DNA of 64,000 bases from an uncultured delta proteobacterium (GTDB taxonomy: Bacteria; Desulfobacterota; Binatia; UBA9968). The notes under the pieces were generated by a model, which saw only the letters and a list, made by a program, of their open reading frames with translations, was not told where the DNA came from and searched no databases. The stretch lies in assembly GCA_963745835.1 (NCBI GenBank), contig CAVUZH010000024.1, forward strand, positions 128,001-192,000, read 5' to 3'. Each line of letters starts with the position of its first letter. Within the stretch, counting starts at the first letter, position 1. This document shows, piece after piece, positions 41,251-51,458 of this stretch. The position numbers and the translations under genes are program-made.

Positions 41251-41868
41251 CTATTCCCTCACCGTTTCCGCGGCAACATCATCAAACCTGACCGCGTCCC
41301 CGGCTTTAAAACCGTATCGGCGTGAAAGTCCGCCGTTAATTTCGAGTACATACTGACTCGGAACCGATACCGAACGGCCATCCAAGGAAAACGGCACGGT
41401 TTCATGGACGATGCCGACGATTTTGCGATCGCGGCTGATGAAAATCATGTCGAGAGGAATCGGCGTGTTCTTCATCCAGAACGAATTGATTTTCTCGCCT
41501 GGAAAGATAAACAACATCCCGTGATTGGGCGGTAGCTCGCGCCGATACATCAGGCCAACCTCGCGCCTTTCAGGCGTGGCGGCGATCTCAATCTGAAAGC
41601 TAACCTCACCTTTGGTGGTTTCAATAGTCACTTTGGGTTGTCCCTTGCAAGCGATTGGCATCATTGAAAATACTGAGCTCAATACCAAAGCTCCAGCATA
41701 CCTAATCCAGAACCGTGCTCTATTTACGAATTCTTCTTGTGACCAGTTCTGCAATATCGAACACCTCCGGCCCGCTACCCTCTTCTTTAGCTGTCTCCTC
41801 GGTAAGCATTCGCAGACAAAATGGACAACCGGTTGCGACGGTTTGCGCGCCGGTTTGCTTGAGCTCAC
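41251..41868 (-). CDS. DUF192 family exported protein (true start probably near 41690-41730)
   Basis: EIA.TP..R..GLM.R, GMLFIF, FWMKNT.IPLDMIFI, VLEINGG. Confidence 0.88.
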   Translation of the reverse strand: MSSSKPARKPSQPVVHFVCECLPRRQLKKRVAGRRCSILQNWSQEEFVNRARFWIRYAGALVLSSVFSMMPIACKGQPKVTIETTKGEVSFQIEIAATPERREVGLMYRRELPPNHGMLFIFPGEKINSFWMKNTPIPLDMIFISRDRKIVGIVHETVPFSLDGRSVSVPSQYVLEINGGLSRRYGFKAGDAVRFDDVAAETVRE

Positions 41869-43714
41869 GAAACCGATTGGTACTCACCCGCTCTTTGCCT
41901 CTCTCCTCATCCTTCCAGAACTGTCCGCCACCGGCGCCGCAACAAAAGCTATTGTTCCGAGTCCGTTCAGGCTCAATGAGATTGGCGCCTGTCATCTCGA
42001 TCAGCGAACGAGGCTCGTCGAAAATTCCATTGTGCCGGCCGAGATAGCAAGGGTCGTGATAAGTTACCGCGGTAGCCGAGTTTCGCTCGATCTTGAGCTT
42101 GCCATCGCGGATCAACTCGCTAATGAATTCGGTGTGATGTCTTACTACGTAGTTGCCGCCAAACTGCGGGTATTCTTTGCCAATTGTGTGAAAGCAGTGC
42201 GGACAAGTCGTTACGATGACTTTGGCTTTGATAGCATTCAATGCGGTGACGTTCTCGTCGGCCATCTGGGCAAACAGGTATTCGTTGCCGGTGCGCCGAG
42301 CGGTATCGCCCGTGCACTTTTCAGTCTTGCCTAGTACTGCCCAATTTAAGCCGGCGGAATGGAGAATTTCCGCCATGTTGCGCGCGATCTTCTGCGCACG
42401 CGGATCGAACGAGACTGCGCAGCCAACCCAGTAAAGCACGTCCGGATTGGCATTCTGATCAATCGTCGGAACCGGGAACGGCAAATCTTTCGTCCAGACC
42501 AGCCGCTCCTCTGCTGAAATCCCCCATGGGTTTCCTGCCTTTTCCATCTGATTGAATGTGTTTTTAAGACCGTTGGGAAATTCGGCGGCGCTCAACACCC
42601 GTTCACGCCTGACGTCGATGATGTGCAGCATCTGCTCATTGCCCACCGGACAAACCTCGATACAAGCGTTGCAGGTGGTGCAAGCCCAGGCAGCCTCTTC
42701 ATTGAGAGCGAAATCGAGTAAAGGGCGCGGGCTCTCCGCTCCCGCAGCAAACTTCGGGAAAAGATCGTTTAGCTCGAATCGTTCGTTGATCAATATCGCT
42801 GCCGGGCTAAGTGCTTTGCCGGTGTTGGTGGCGGGACAGACATCCTGACAGCGGTTACACATGATGCAGCTGTACGCATCCATCAGGCGCGGCCACGCGA
42901 ACTCCTCCAATTTGGATGCGCCGAACACTTCCTCATTCTCAAAATCCATGGGCTGCAGCACACCCGGATTCTTTTTCTGTAGCGCTAAATTGATCGGCGC
43001 CATGAATAGATGGATGTGTTTGGTGCGCGGGAAGTACGGAATGAAAACCAGGATCGACCCTAAAGCGCCCCACCAAAAGAAATGATGGAAAATCTCAAGC
43101 GCGCCTGGAGTCATCCCGGAAAATAGCGCCGCAAATGCCGTGCTCACGGGTTGCCACCGGTCCGCGCCTTCGAGGGCAAGCTGGCAGGCTTTGTACATCA
43201 GCCGGCTGCCCACATGAAAAAGTATAAAAGCCGAAACAATCGCCGAATCGCGGCGAATGCCGTTGCGTACTCCCTCTCGGACCGGCACGTTCGCGGGAAA
43301 GTCGAAATCTTTAGGCCGGACAAAGAAACGCCGGATCACCAAACTAATAATCCCGATCAAGACAGCTGCAGTTAGGATATCGGCGGTCAGATTAAATGCG
43401 TTCCACAGACCGCCCCGGGTGTGCAAGGCTAGATAACCCTCGAGCACATCGACTAAATTGACCAAAAAATAAAAAACGAATCCGTAGAAAACCAGAGCGT
43501 GAAAGAAAGAAACCAGCGGCCGCGTCCGAAACACGGAGCGCTGAAGAACAACATTCACCACAGCATCGATAACCCGCCTAGGTAGCTGATCGAAGCGACC
43601 ATCCGGCTTGCCGCGAGCGATGCTTCGATAAACGTCGTAAAATCTTCGCCCGCCGTAATAGAACGATGCCGCCAACAACAGAAAGAACAGTATTTTTTCG
43701 AGCGACGTAAGCAT
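41720..43714 (-). CDS. Membrane Fe-S oxidoreductase, FadF/HdrD-like (TM domain + 2x4Fe-4S + CCG domains)
   Basis: CIMCNRCQDVCP, CTTCNACIEVCP, CTG, CPHC, YHDPCYLGR, CCGAGGG, CPFC. Confidence 0.9.
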   Translation of the reverse strand: MLTSLEKILFFLLLAASFYYGGRRFYDVYRSIARGKPDGRFDQLPRRVIDAVVNVVLQRSVFRTRPLVSFFHALVFYGFVFYFLVNLVDVLEGYLALHTRGGLWNAFNLTADILTAAVLIGIISLVIRRFFVRPKDFDFPANVPVREGVRNGIRRDSAIVSAFILFHVGSRLMYKACQLALEGADRWQPVSTAFAALFSGMTPGALEIFHHFFWWGALGSILVFIPYFPRTKHIHLFMAPINLALQKKNPGVLQPMDFENEEVFGASKLEEFAWPRLMDAYSCIMCNRCQDVCPATNTGKALSPAAILINERFELNDLFPKFAAGAESPRPLLDFALNEEAAWACTTCNACIEVCPVGNEQMLHIIDVRRERVLSAAEFPNGLKNTFNQMEKAGNPWGISAEERLVWTKDLPFPVPTIDQNANPDVLYWVGCAVSFDPRAQKIARNMAEILHSAGLNWAVLGKTEKCTGDTARRTGNEYLFAQMADENVTALNAIKAKVIVTTCPHCFHTIGKEYPQFGGNYVVRHHTEFISELIRDGKLKIERNSATAVTYHDPCYLGRHNGIFDEPRSLIEMTGANLIEPERTRNNSFCCGAGGGQFWKDEERGKERVSTNRFRELKQTGAQTVATGCPFCLRMLTEETAKEEGSGPEVFDIAELVTRRIRK

Positions 43715-43897
43715 TAGCGCTTATTAACCTCCGGCTCTGTCTACTTTATCGAATTTGAATGAAGCGGATGACCGGACTGAGCCCGGCGCTGGTAAATCAT
43801 CACGAAATGTGGCGAACCAGTGCCGCAGACTGAGTCGAGTAAATGAGTTGACTCTACAGGAAGCAGTATTTATGAATCAACGGGCGGAATCAGCGAA

Positions 43898-44677
43898 TTA
43901 TCCGGCGTACCCCAACCGTCTTGAAAGATCACGTCCGGAATCAAGAATCAAAGGCGAGATATCGTTTCGGAGCTTCTCCAGAGTCAGTCGATCACTCGGT
44001 CCCACTATAGCCAGCGCGCCGACCAGGCTCCTGGTGTAGTCTCTGACCGGGACAGCGATCGAACTGATCTCATTGATAAACTCTCCGTCGTCGATGGCAT
44101 AGCCGATCTCTCCGGTTTCTTTGACCTGCTGAGCCAGCCCTCTGGTATCGGTAATCGTCTTATCGTTGTAACGCTTCAAAGGGTCAAGGTCGCCAAGCGA
44201 CACACCGCCATCCGACTCAAAAGCAAGGTATACCTTACCTACCGCGGTGCAATGCGGCGGCAGTACCGAGCCGAGAAACGAGACAACTCGCACCGGTCGC
44301 GCCGGCTCGACAAAGTCCAGCGGCACTATCCCCGCGCCTTTTCGAATCGCCACGAACGCACTCTCTTTAGCTGACTTCGCCAGCTCTTCAAGAGTTGCGC
44401 GGGCCTGTAACAACAAACCCATCTGGTGTATGAACGTTTGCCCAAGCTGCAGACACTTGAGGCCGAGGCGATAATTTTCCGAGACTTTGTTCTGTTCGAT
44501 GTAGCCGCGCGCCTCGAGCGTGGCCAGCAGACGAAAAACGTTGTTCTTGTGAAGCTTCAATCGTTTGCTCAACTCAGTAACGCCTATCTCATCAACATTA
44601 CCGTTGAACTGCTCGAGGACATCAAGGGCGTGCGATACGGATTGAATTACGTAATTAGATTTCTCCCGGCGAACCAT
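43898..44677 (-). CDS. IclR family transcriptional regulator
   Basis: IQSVSHALDVLE, HKNNVFRLLATLE, HCTAVGK, SIAVPVRD; GGAGGAG RBS. Confidence 0.93.
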   Translation of the reverse strand: MVRREKSNYVIQSVSHALDVLEQFNGNVDEIGVTELSKRLKLHKNNVFRLLATLEARGYIEQNKVSENYRLGLKCLQLGQTFIHQMGLLLQARATLEELAKSAKESAFVAIRKGAGIVPLDFVEPARPVRVVSFLGSVLPPHCTAVGKVYLAFESDGGVSLGDLDPLKRYNDKTITDTRGLAQQVKETGEIGYAIDDGEFINEISSIAVPVRDYTRSLVGALAIVGPSDRLTLEKLRNDISPLILDSGRDLSRRLGYAG

Positions 44678-44866
44678 GTCTCCTCCTGCCTCAGTCTGTG
44701 TAGAAATCAAAATAGACTGGTATGGGCCGTTCCAAAAAAGCGTTTTAACCTATATCGCCATCCGCACCTTGTCAACGAACGCCAAAAACAGCCTCTGATA
44801 TCCGCGTTTACCGAAAAAGCTGATCCTGGCTGTATACAGATAAGTCAACCTCCATCTCAGCTCGTC

Positions 44867-44895
44867 TTGACCGGTATAAGACAATAAGGCACACT
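44867..44895 (+). promoter_or_regulatory. Putative sigma70 promoter of the trp leader
   Basis: TTGACC-N17-CACACT; predicted +1 falls on the leader ATG at 44902. Confidence 0.45.
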
Positions 44896-44901
44896 CGTGC
44901 C

Positions 44902-44982
44902 ATGACTGAGCGGTCGGGATTTGCTGTCTTGATTGAAAGCTGGTGGCGCAGGCAGCAGTCGCTCCGATCGGCCTGTGGCTAA
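44902..44982 (+). CDS. trpL: Trp operon leader peptide MTERSGFAVLIESWWRRQQSLRSACG (not in ORF track)
   Basis: 26-aa ORF with tandem TGG TGG at 44941-44946 immediately upstream of trpE and of alternative hairpins. Confidence 0.8.
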   Translation: MTERSGFAVLIESWWRRQQSLRSACG

Positions 44983-45008
44983 TTCCAGTCAGTTTACTAA
45001 CATTGAGG

Positions 45009-45046
45009 AGGGCCGTAGGCGGTTAGCTTATGGCCCTTTTTGTTTG
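45009..45046 (+). terminator. Attenuator terminator upstream of trpE
   Basis: AGGGCCGTAGGC-ggtta-GCTTATGGCCCT (12-bp stem with G-U pairs) followed by TTTTGTTTG. Confidence 0.85.
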
Positions 45047-45053
45047 TGAGCCT

Positions 45054-46541
45054 ATGATTCACCCGACATTTGAAGAATTCTGCCGGTTGGCGGAGCAAGG
45101 CAACCTGGTTCCGGTCTATCAGGAACTGCTCATGGACTTGGAAACGCCGCTCTCATTCTTTAAGCGCCTCGAACGGGATCGTTACGCTTTTCTGCTCGAA
45201 AGTGTTGAAGGTAGCGAACGTTGGGCGCGTTACTCTTTTTTGGGAAGCCGGCCCCGGCTTGTTTTTAAAAGCCACGGCAAGCAGGTCGAAATCATCGAAG
45301 ACGGTAAGAGTAGAAAGTTAGCCTCCGAAATGCCCCTCGATACTCTGAAACAGCTCGTGGGGAATTATCGACCGGTTACAGTGCCGGGTGTTCCGCCCTT
45401 TTTCGGTGGCGCCCTTGGTTACGTCGCCTACGATGCCGTCGAGCAATTTCACGGGATTGGCAACAACAAACACTCTCCGCTTGATGCCCCGGAGATTTTC
45501 TTTCTGTTCGTTCAAACTCTCATCGCTTTCGATAACTTGAAACATACCATCAAGATCATCGACAATGTCCAGTTAGAAACAGGAACTGATCTGCGAACCG
45601 CCTACAAGGAAGCGAGCGACAGAATCCGCAAAATTATCTCCTCGCTGCAGAAGAAACCACGCGGAATCGAACCTCGTGAGTTGAGCGATGGCAAAGCGCA
45701 GAAGCAGTTTCACTCCAATCTGAACCGCGATGGTTTTCAGAAAGCGGTCATCAAGGCCAAGGAATACATCCAGGCGGGCGATATCATTCAAACAGTCCTA
45801 TGTCAGAGGCTCGAAACCCAAACGGTTGCGGATGCCTTTGAAATTTATCGGGCTCTGCGCTTTATCAATCCTTCGCCGTACATGTTCTATCTCGAGCTCG
45901 AGGATCTACGGATCATCGGCTCGTCGCCTGAGACGATGGTGCGATTAACCGGCGACATGATTGAGCTTCGGCCGATTGCCGGAACCCGGCCGCGGGGCGC
46001 CACACCGGAAGAAGAACAGACGCTTGAAGCCGACCTGCTTGGCGACCCTAAAGAACGCGCTGAGCACATCATGTTGGTCGATCTGGGACGAAACGACGTC
46101 GGGCGCGTCGCGGAGATCGGCAGTGTCGAAGTCAACGAGCTCATGGGCATCGAACGCTACTCTCATGTCATTCACATCGTTTCCAACGTGCGCGGCAAGC
46201 TCGAGGCTGATAAGAGCCCATTTGATCTATTTGTCTCGGCGTTCCCTGCGGGAACGGTTTCTGGAGCGCCCAAGATTCGCGCGATGCAGATCATTAGCGA
46301 GCTGGAGCCGGAGAGACGCGGGCTATATGCAGGCGCCATCGGATACTTCGGCTATAACGGCAACCTGGATACCTGCATCGTCATTCGGACGATTGTGATG
46401 AAAGGCAGCAAAGTATTCATCAACGCGGGAGCTGGAATTGTCGCCGACTCCGATCCGGACATGGAGTATCAGGAGACTCTGAATAAGGCGCGGGCGATGT
46501 TTCGCGCCGTGGAGCTCGCCGAACAGTGGAGCAAGGCATGA
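45054..46541 (+). CDS. trpE: Anthranilate synthase component I
   Basis: FLLESVEG, NPSPYMF, RPIAGTRPRG, EHIMLVDLGRND, FPAGTVSGAPK, AGAGIVADS. Confidence 0.95.
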   Translation: MIHPTFEEFCRLAEQGNLVPVYQELLMDLETPLSFFKRLERDRYAFLLESVEGSERWARYSFLGSRPRLVFKSHGKQVEIIEDGKSRKLASEMPLDTLKQLVGNYRPVTVPGVPPFFGGALGYVAYDAVEQFHGIGNNKHSPLDAPEIFFLFVQTLIAFDNLKHTIKIIDNVQLETGTDLRTAYKEASDRIRKIISSLQKKPRGIEPRELSDGKAQKQFHSNLNRDGFQKAVIKAKEYIQAGDIIQTVLCQRLETQTVADAFEIYRALRFINPSPYMFYLELEDLRIIGSSPETMVRLTGDMIELRPIAGTRPRGATPEEEQTLEADLLGDPKERAEHIMLVDLGRNDVGRVAEIGSVEVNELMGIERYSHVIHIVSNVRGKLEADKSPFDLFVSAFPAGTVSGAPKIRAMQIISELEPERRGLYAGAIGYFGYNGNLDTCIVIRTIVMKGSKVFINAGAGIVADSDPDMEYQETLNKARAMFRAVELAEQWSKA

Positions 46542-47104
46542 TCCTGCTTATCGACAATTACGATTCATTTACTTACAACCTGTACCACTACCTGGGCGAG
46601 CTCGGGGCGGATGTAAAAGTTTATTTGAACGATAAAATCAGTTTGGACCAAATAGCCGAGCTAGGACCAGAGAAGATCGTTATTTCTCCCGGTCCCTGCA
46701 CGCCTAAAGAAGCAGGGATTTCCTGTGCCGTAATCCGCCACTTCAGCGCACGAATCCCAACATTAGGCGTCTGCCTTGGCCATCAGGCGATCGGAGCGGC
46801 TTTTGGCGGTGAGATCGTCCGAGCGCCGGCGATCATGCATGGCAAGCTCTCGGAAGTAGCTCATGATTCGCAAACCATTTTCCGCGGCATTAAAAACCCG
46901 TTTGCCGCAATGCGTTATCACTCATTGGTAATTGATCGACAGAAGCTGCCGGACGATCTAACCGTCAGCGCGCAGACTGCGGACGGCGTTATCATGGCGG
47001 TGCGGCACAAAAAAATGCCGGTCGAAGGCGTCCAATTTCATCCCGAATCGATACTTGCCGAGGAAGGCAAGAAAGTCCTACAAAACTTTTTAGACTACTA
47101 TTGA
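46538..47104 (+). CDS. trpG: Anthranilate synthase component II (glutamine amidotransferase)
   Basis: IDNYDSFTYN, SPGP, GVCLGHQ, RYHSL, QFHPES; ATGA overlap with trpE. Confidence 0.93.
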   Translation: MILLIDNYDSFTYNLYHYLGELGADVKVYLNDKISLDQIAELGPEKIVISPGPCTPKEAGISCAVIRHFSARIPTLGVCLGHQAIGAAFGGEIVRAPAIMHGKLSEVAHDSQTIFRGIKNPFAAMRYHSLVIDRQKLPDDLTVSAQTADGVIMAVRHKKMPVEGVQFHPESILAEEGKKVLQNFLDYY

Positions 47105-47118
47105 TAAACGGGTCCGTC

Positions 47119-47538
47119 ATGAGACTTCTATGTTTCCAAGCGAAACGGTTCCGCTGGAAAACTCACTCTAAAACCCTCCCCGAGGTTCCGGATCTGGAAG
47201 CCGAGGAAGAAATTACCGATGGGGTCGTTATTTTCGTCCAAGCCGAAGCGGCCGATGCGCCGGAGCAACATCTGGACTCGATCAAGCGCAAAGCGGTCAA
47301 GCATATCAAATGGCTGGCAAACAAACGGGATCTGAGAAACATTGTTCTCCATTCATTTACTCACCTCGGCGGCGACACTGCAGATCCGGGCTTCGCCGAG
47401 CCGCTTATCCAGAGTATTGGAGACCGGCTCAACCAAAGCGGCTATCACGTTCGAATCACCCCATTCGGCTATTTTTGCGAATGGGATTTATCAGTCTATG
47501 GTGAAAGCCTTGCCAAGGTTTGGAAAGAAATACATTAG
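47119..47538 (+). CDS. Free-standing archaeal-type threonyl-tRNA synthetase editing domain protein
   Basis: MRLL start, VVIFVQAE..D, IVLHSFTHLG, V.ITPFGY, G.SLAKVWK. Confidence 0.75.
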   Translation: MRLLCFQAKRFRWKTHSKTLPEVPDLEAEEEITDGVVIFVQAEAADAPEQHLDSIKRKAVKHIKWLANKRDLRNIVLHSFTHLGGDTADPGFAEPLIQSIGDRLNQSGYHVRITPFGYFCEWDLSVYGESLAKVWKEIH

Positions 47539-47627
47539 CACCGCTACCTAGAGTCTTTTGCACCAGCTAATCGGTCACTCGATCGAAAACGTGCTACAAT
47601 CATTCACCCAAAAACCGGAGGAACACG

Positions 47628-48176
47628 ATGAGCCTGATAAGAAGCAACGTTATCTTATGGTCGTTTGCAATGGTCTGTTTAACTGTCTTCGGCTGCAGAA
47701 ACGGCGAGGAGCTCGCTAATCCTGACGACCTCCCGGATATCAATAAACAGCTCCGCCCATACATCACCATTGCAAGCACAAAAGTCCGGACCGGGCCGGG
47801 CCCGCAGTTCAGAGCTACTGGCGAAGTGCCGCCTCGCGCGAAGGTTCACGTGGTCGGCAGAGATGGAGACTGGGTGCTGATCGTGTCAAAGAAAGGCAAC
47901 ATTCCAGGTTTCATCGAAATGGCTTCCGTCAAACCGGGTGAAGGCGAAGAGATCGCAACCGGCGATCCGACAGTCGGCGGCAAGTATGAAATACTGGCAA
48001 ATACCCGGCTCCATAGCGGACCCGGACTTCATTACCCGGTGGTTGCGGAGGTTTCAAAAGGGACGATTATCAACGTCGTCGAAGAAGACAAAGGCTGGAT
48101 AAAGGTAGAGTCAAAACGAGGCAAGCAGCCTGGCTACGTCGAATCGAGCTTGGCCAAACCGGCGGCGGATCAATAG
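47628..48176 (+). CDS. Lipoprotein with two bacterial SH3 domains
   Basis: Lipobox VFGC; repeats VRTGPG...DW...GFI and LHSGPG...GW...GYV. Confidence 0.8.
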   Translation: MSLIRSNVILWSFAMVCLTVFGCRNGEELANPDDLPDINKQLRPYITIASTKVRTGPGPQFRATGEVPPRAKVHVVGRDGDWVLIVSKKGNIPGFIEMASVKPGEGEEIATGDPTVGGKYEILANTRLHSGPGLHYPVVAEVSKGTIINVVEEDKGWIKVESKRGKQPGYVESSLAKPAADQ

Positions 48177-48468
48177 ATCCTAAGCGGGAAACGTTCTTGT
48201 ATGCGCAAGGCGTGAAACTGGGATCACTCCGTTAAGGCTATTATATGCGGTCCGGGCGTGGTCTGCCGGCTGATTCTTGATCGACCGCGCTGCTAGATCC
48301 TCAACAAGCGATGTCTGAGATGAGATAGAAGAACATATTAATCTTACGCACTCTTGCTAAACCTCCATTCAAGCCTCGACATCGGCTCTTCTGCCATACG
48401 AGATCGACTAAATGCTTGTTGTTCAGCTGGTTTCTCGCATAGAATCGCTGCCACACTTGTAGGAGGAG

Positions 48469-48939
48469 ATGATTATGGAGATTGAGAGGAAGTTAGCAGA
48501 ACTTGGGATCGAAGTGCCGGCGCCGCCGGTACCGGCGGCTCATTACATTCCCTGCGTTCAAGTCGGTAATCTCTTGTTCGTCGGCGGCAACACCGGCAGG
48601 CTCAATGGCCAGCCGCACCTATACGCCGGCAAAGTAGGCGATCACGTAACTCTGGAACAAGCCTATCAGATGGCGCGTCATTGCGCCCTAAATCATCTGG
48701 CAATCATCAAGTCGGCGTTGGGCGATCTCGATCGGGTGGAGCGCTTTGTCAAACTACTCGGCTTTGTAAATGTTGCTCCAGGTTTTACCAAGATGCCTCA
48801 AGTGGTGAATGGCGCGTCCGATCTGTTCATCGAAATCTGGGGGGAACGAGGACAGCACGCCCGCGCCGCGGTGGGAGTTGCCTCTCTCGCCAACGAAGCG
48901 CCGGTCGAAACGGAAGTCATCTTGCAGATCAGAGATTAG
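48469..48939 (+). CDS. RidA/YjgF family protein
   Basis: GKVG, VKLLGFVN, VVNGASDL, HARAAVGV.SL, PVETE. Confidence 0.9.
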   Translation: MIMEIERKLAELGIEVPAPPVPAAHYIPCVQVGNLLFVGGNTGRLNGQPHLYAGKVGDHVTLEQAYQMARHCALNHLAIIKSALGDLDRVERFVKLLGFVNVAPGFTKMPQVVNGASDLFIEIWGERGQHARAAVGVASLANEAPVETEVILQIRD

Positions 48940-49136
48940 GTACTGCGAATGCAATCTACCCAAATCGGCTGTCCAATTCAGGGTAGCCTACGGATCATCG
49001 GCTGCCGGTGGTTGATGTTCCTATCGCGCCACGCAGCAGCTCTCAGTAACATCAACCGTAAAACGTCGTCTATGGACTGAGATCACTGTGATGTGAACTG
49101 TTGTGATCTATCTGTTTGTCACATCGTTGCCGCAGC

Positions 49137-51425
49137 TTATGCTTTGCCCGCGGCTTTCAATCCCCGCAAAACGTTCTCAGGACTCAGCGGCAACTTGTAG
49201 ATGCGCACGCCGGTGGCGTTGAAGATCGCGTTGGCGATGCAGGCCATCGGCGGGACACAGGCGATTTCACCGGCGCCTTTCGCGCCGTAGGGACCGGCCC
49301 CTGGATAGCCGGGCACCAGAGTCGTTTCGATGCGTGGCATCATGTTTATCGTCGGCATCAAGTAATCCACGAACGAAGGATTCAACGTTCTCCCGTTGTT
49401 GTCGAAGACAACCTGTTCGCAGAGGGCCTGGCCGATGCTCATGGCGGTGGCGCCTTCGATTTGACCTTCGACGGCGGCTTGATGGATAGGTTGGCCGATG
49501 TCGTGAACAGCCACGTATTTCACAATCTTCACGTTGCCGGTGTCCGGACTCACCTCGACGATGCAGGCATGCGCGGTGAACGGCTGCGAGCTGCCGTGGG
49601 CTTTTTCTTCAGCCATTAATTCGAGATTGTCGCAGTAGCCGCGGCCAATCACTTCGCCGATGACGTTGTGCGCATTGGTTGCAACGGTCGCCAGCGCTAC
49701 TGCCTTGGTTGGCGTGCCTTTGACCCGGATCTGCTTGTCGACGATCTCGAGATCGTCCGGACTCGCCTCGAGCTGGCGGGCGGCCATTTTGAAAAGCTGG
49801 TTGCGCGCGTCGATGGCAGCGAGCCGGGATGCGGTGCCGGAAACCAGAATGCCGCGGCTTCCGACCGTGCCGGCATCCCACGGGCTGGCGTCGGTGTCGA
49901 CATTGACTACGGTGACATCGCTTACTGGAATGCCCAGCTCTTCGGCGACGATCATGGGAATACCGAAGCCGGGAATAGTGCCCATGTCGATTTTGCCGAT
50001 ATGCACCGTCACCGACCCATCTTCGTTGACTTTCACGATGGCGCCGCCGCCGGGACCGGCGCTCTCGATCCATGACCCCGTCGCGAGGCCCAGGCCCTGG
50101 TTTTTTTCCAGCTTAACTTTGCCCCAGCCGATTTTTTCCTTGGCGATGCGGATGGTTTCAGCCAACGAAACATCGCGCAGCTTGGGCACGCCGACGATCT
50201 TGTCGCCGGCTTTAGGAACGTTCTTAAGACGGAATTCAACCGGATCCATGCCGAGCTTAGCGGCGATGGAATCCATATGCGATTCAACGGCGAACGCAGC
50301 CTGCGGGCCGCCGGGACCGCGCACCGGGCCGCAGACCTGCTTATTGGTGTAAACGCTGTAGCCTTCGATGTGGCAGTTGGGCATCAAGTACCAGCCGCCG
50401 AGCATGTTGGTACAGCGGCCGCCGGCTTGCACGCCGAAGCCCGAGTAGCCGCCCGCGTCGTAGAAAACTTTGCCAGTGCGGGCGACGATGGTGCCATCCT
50501 TTTTGACGCCGGTTTTGATGTACATGCGCGCGCCGGAACGGATCGTCGTCGAAATGGTTTCTTCGGCTTTGTCGAGGACGATCATCACCGGCCGCTTGGC
50601 TTTCATCGCCAACAGCCCGCAGATCGGCTCGACAGCGGCGCCCGAGGTTATGCCGCTCCCCTTGCCGCCGAAGCCGCCGCCGAGCCCGGCAGAGATCACG
50701 CGCACGTTGTTGAGCGACAGCCCCAGCATCTTCGCCACCTCCTGGCGCACCGGGAACGGCGCCTGGGCATTGGCCCAGACCGTTAGACGGCCGTTCGGTT
50801 CCATCTGCGCCGCGGCGATGCGCGGTTCCAGATACTGAGGATGGATCATCTTGGTCTCGTAGACTTCGTCGACCACGATGTCCGCCTCCGCCATCGCTTT
50901 TTCGGCATCGCCGACTTTGACGACGGCATGGCCGCAGATATTTTTGAGGCCGGTGTCCGCCGGAATAGTTTTCGGCAGCGGCATGTCCTCGTGCAAGGTC
51001 GGCGCGTCAGGCTTGGTGGCCTCTTCGGGATCGAGCGCCACCGGCAGCGGCTCGTAAACTACTTTGATTTTTTTCAGCGCTCGTTTGGCGATCGCGAGCG
51101 AGTCGGCAGCGACCGCTGCTACCGGATCGCCCATGAAACGCACCTTGTCCCGTGCCAGAATATGGCGGTCCATGTAGCTGCGCCCATAACGCACATTCGG
51201 CGCATCGGCGGCAGTGACGACGGCATGAACGCCGGCGACCTTCTTCGCTTCGCTGGTGTCGATGCTGACGATTTTGCCATGGGCGTGTTGACTGCGCAGG
51301 ATGGCGCCGTGCAATTGATCCTTCAGCATCAAATCGATGCCGTAAACACCCTTGCCGACGACACGCTCGACGCCGCCCATTCTGGCTGGACTTGTGCCGA
51401 CGACTTTGAATTCCGCTTTAGCCAT
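49137..51425 (-). CDS. Xanthine dehydrogenase family molybdopterin-binding large subunit
   Basis: LRSQHAHG, GGGFGGK, VRGPGGPQ, GTVGSR, EGQIEG, GAKGAGE. Confidence 0.92.
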   Translation of the reverse strand: MAKAEFKVVGTSPARMGGVERVVGKGVYGIDLMLKDQLHGAILRSQHAHGKIVSIDTSEAKKVAGVHAVVTAADAPNVRYGRSYMDRHILARDKVRFMGDPVAAVAADSLAIAKRALKKIKVVYEPLPVALDPEEATKPDAPTLHEDMPLPKTIPADTGLKNICGHAVVKVGDAEKAMAEADIVVDEVYETKMIHPQYLEPRIAAAQMEPNGRLTVWANAQAPFPVRQEVAKMLGLSLNNVRVISAGLGGGFGGKGSGITSGAAVEPICGLLAMKAKRPVMIVLDKAEETISTTIRSGARMYIKTGVKKDGTIVARTGKVFYDAGGYSGFGVQAGGRCTNMLGGWYLMPNCHIEGYSVYTNKQVCGPVRGPGGPQAAFAVESHMDSIAAKLGMDPVEFRLKNVPKAGDKIVGVPKLRDVSLAETIRIAKEKIGWGKVKLEKNQGLGLATGSWIESAGPGGGAIVKVNEDGSVTVHIGKIDMGTIPGFGIPMIVAEELGIPVSDVTVVNVDTDASPWDAGTVGSRGILVSGTASRLAAIDARNQLFKMAARQLEASPDDLEIVDKQIRVKGTPTKAVALATVATNAHNVIGEVIGRGYCDNLELMAEEKAHGSSQPFTAHACIVEVSPDTGNVKIVKYVAVHDIGQPIHQAAVEGQIEGATAMSIGQALCEQVVFDNNGRTLNPSFVDYLMPTINMMPRIETTLVPGYPGAGPYGAKGAGEIACVPPMACIANAIFNATGVRIYKLPLSPENVLRGLKAAGKA

Positions 51426-51458
51426 TATGATGGTCTCCTTACCGGATTTGGAAATTTT

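Noticed and set aside
49137-51425. Aerobic CO dehydrogenase (coxL)
   Set aside because: Lacks the AYxCSFR motif and the accessory cox genes
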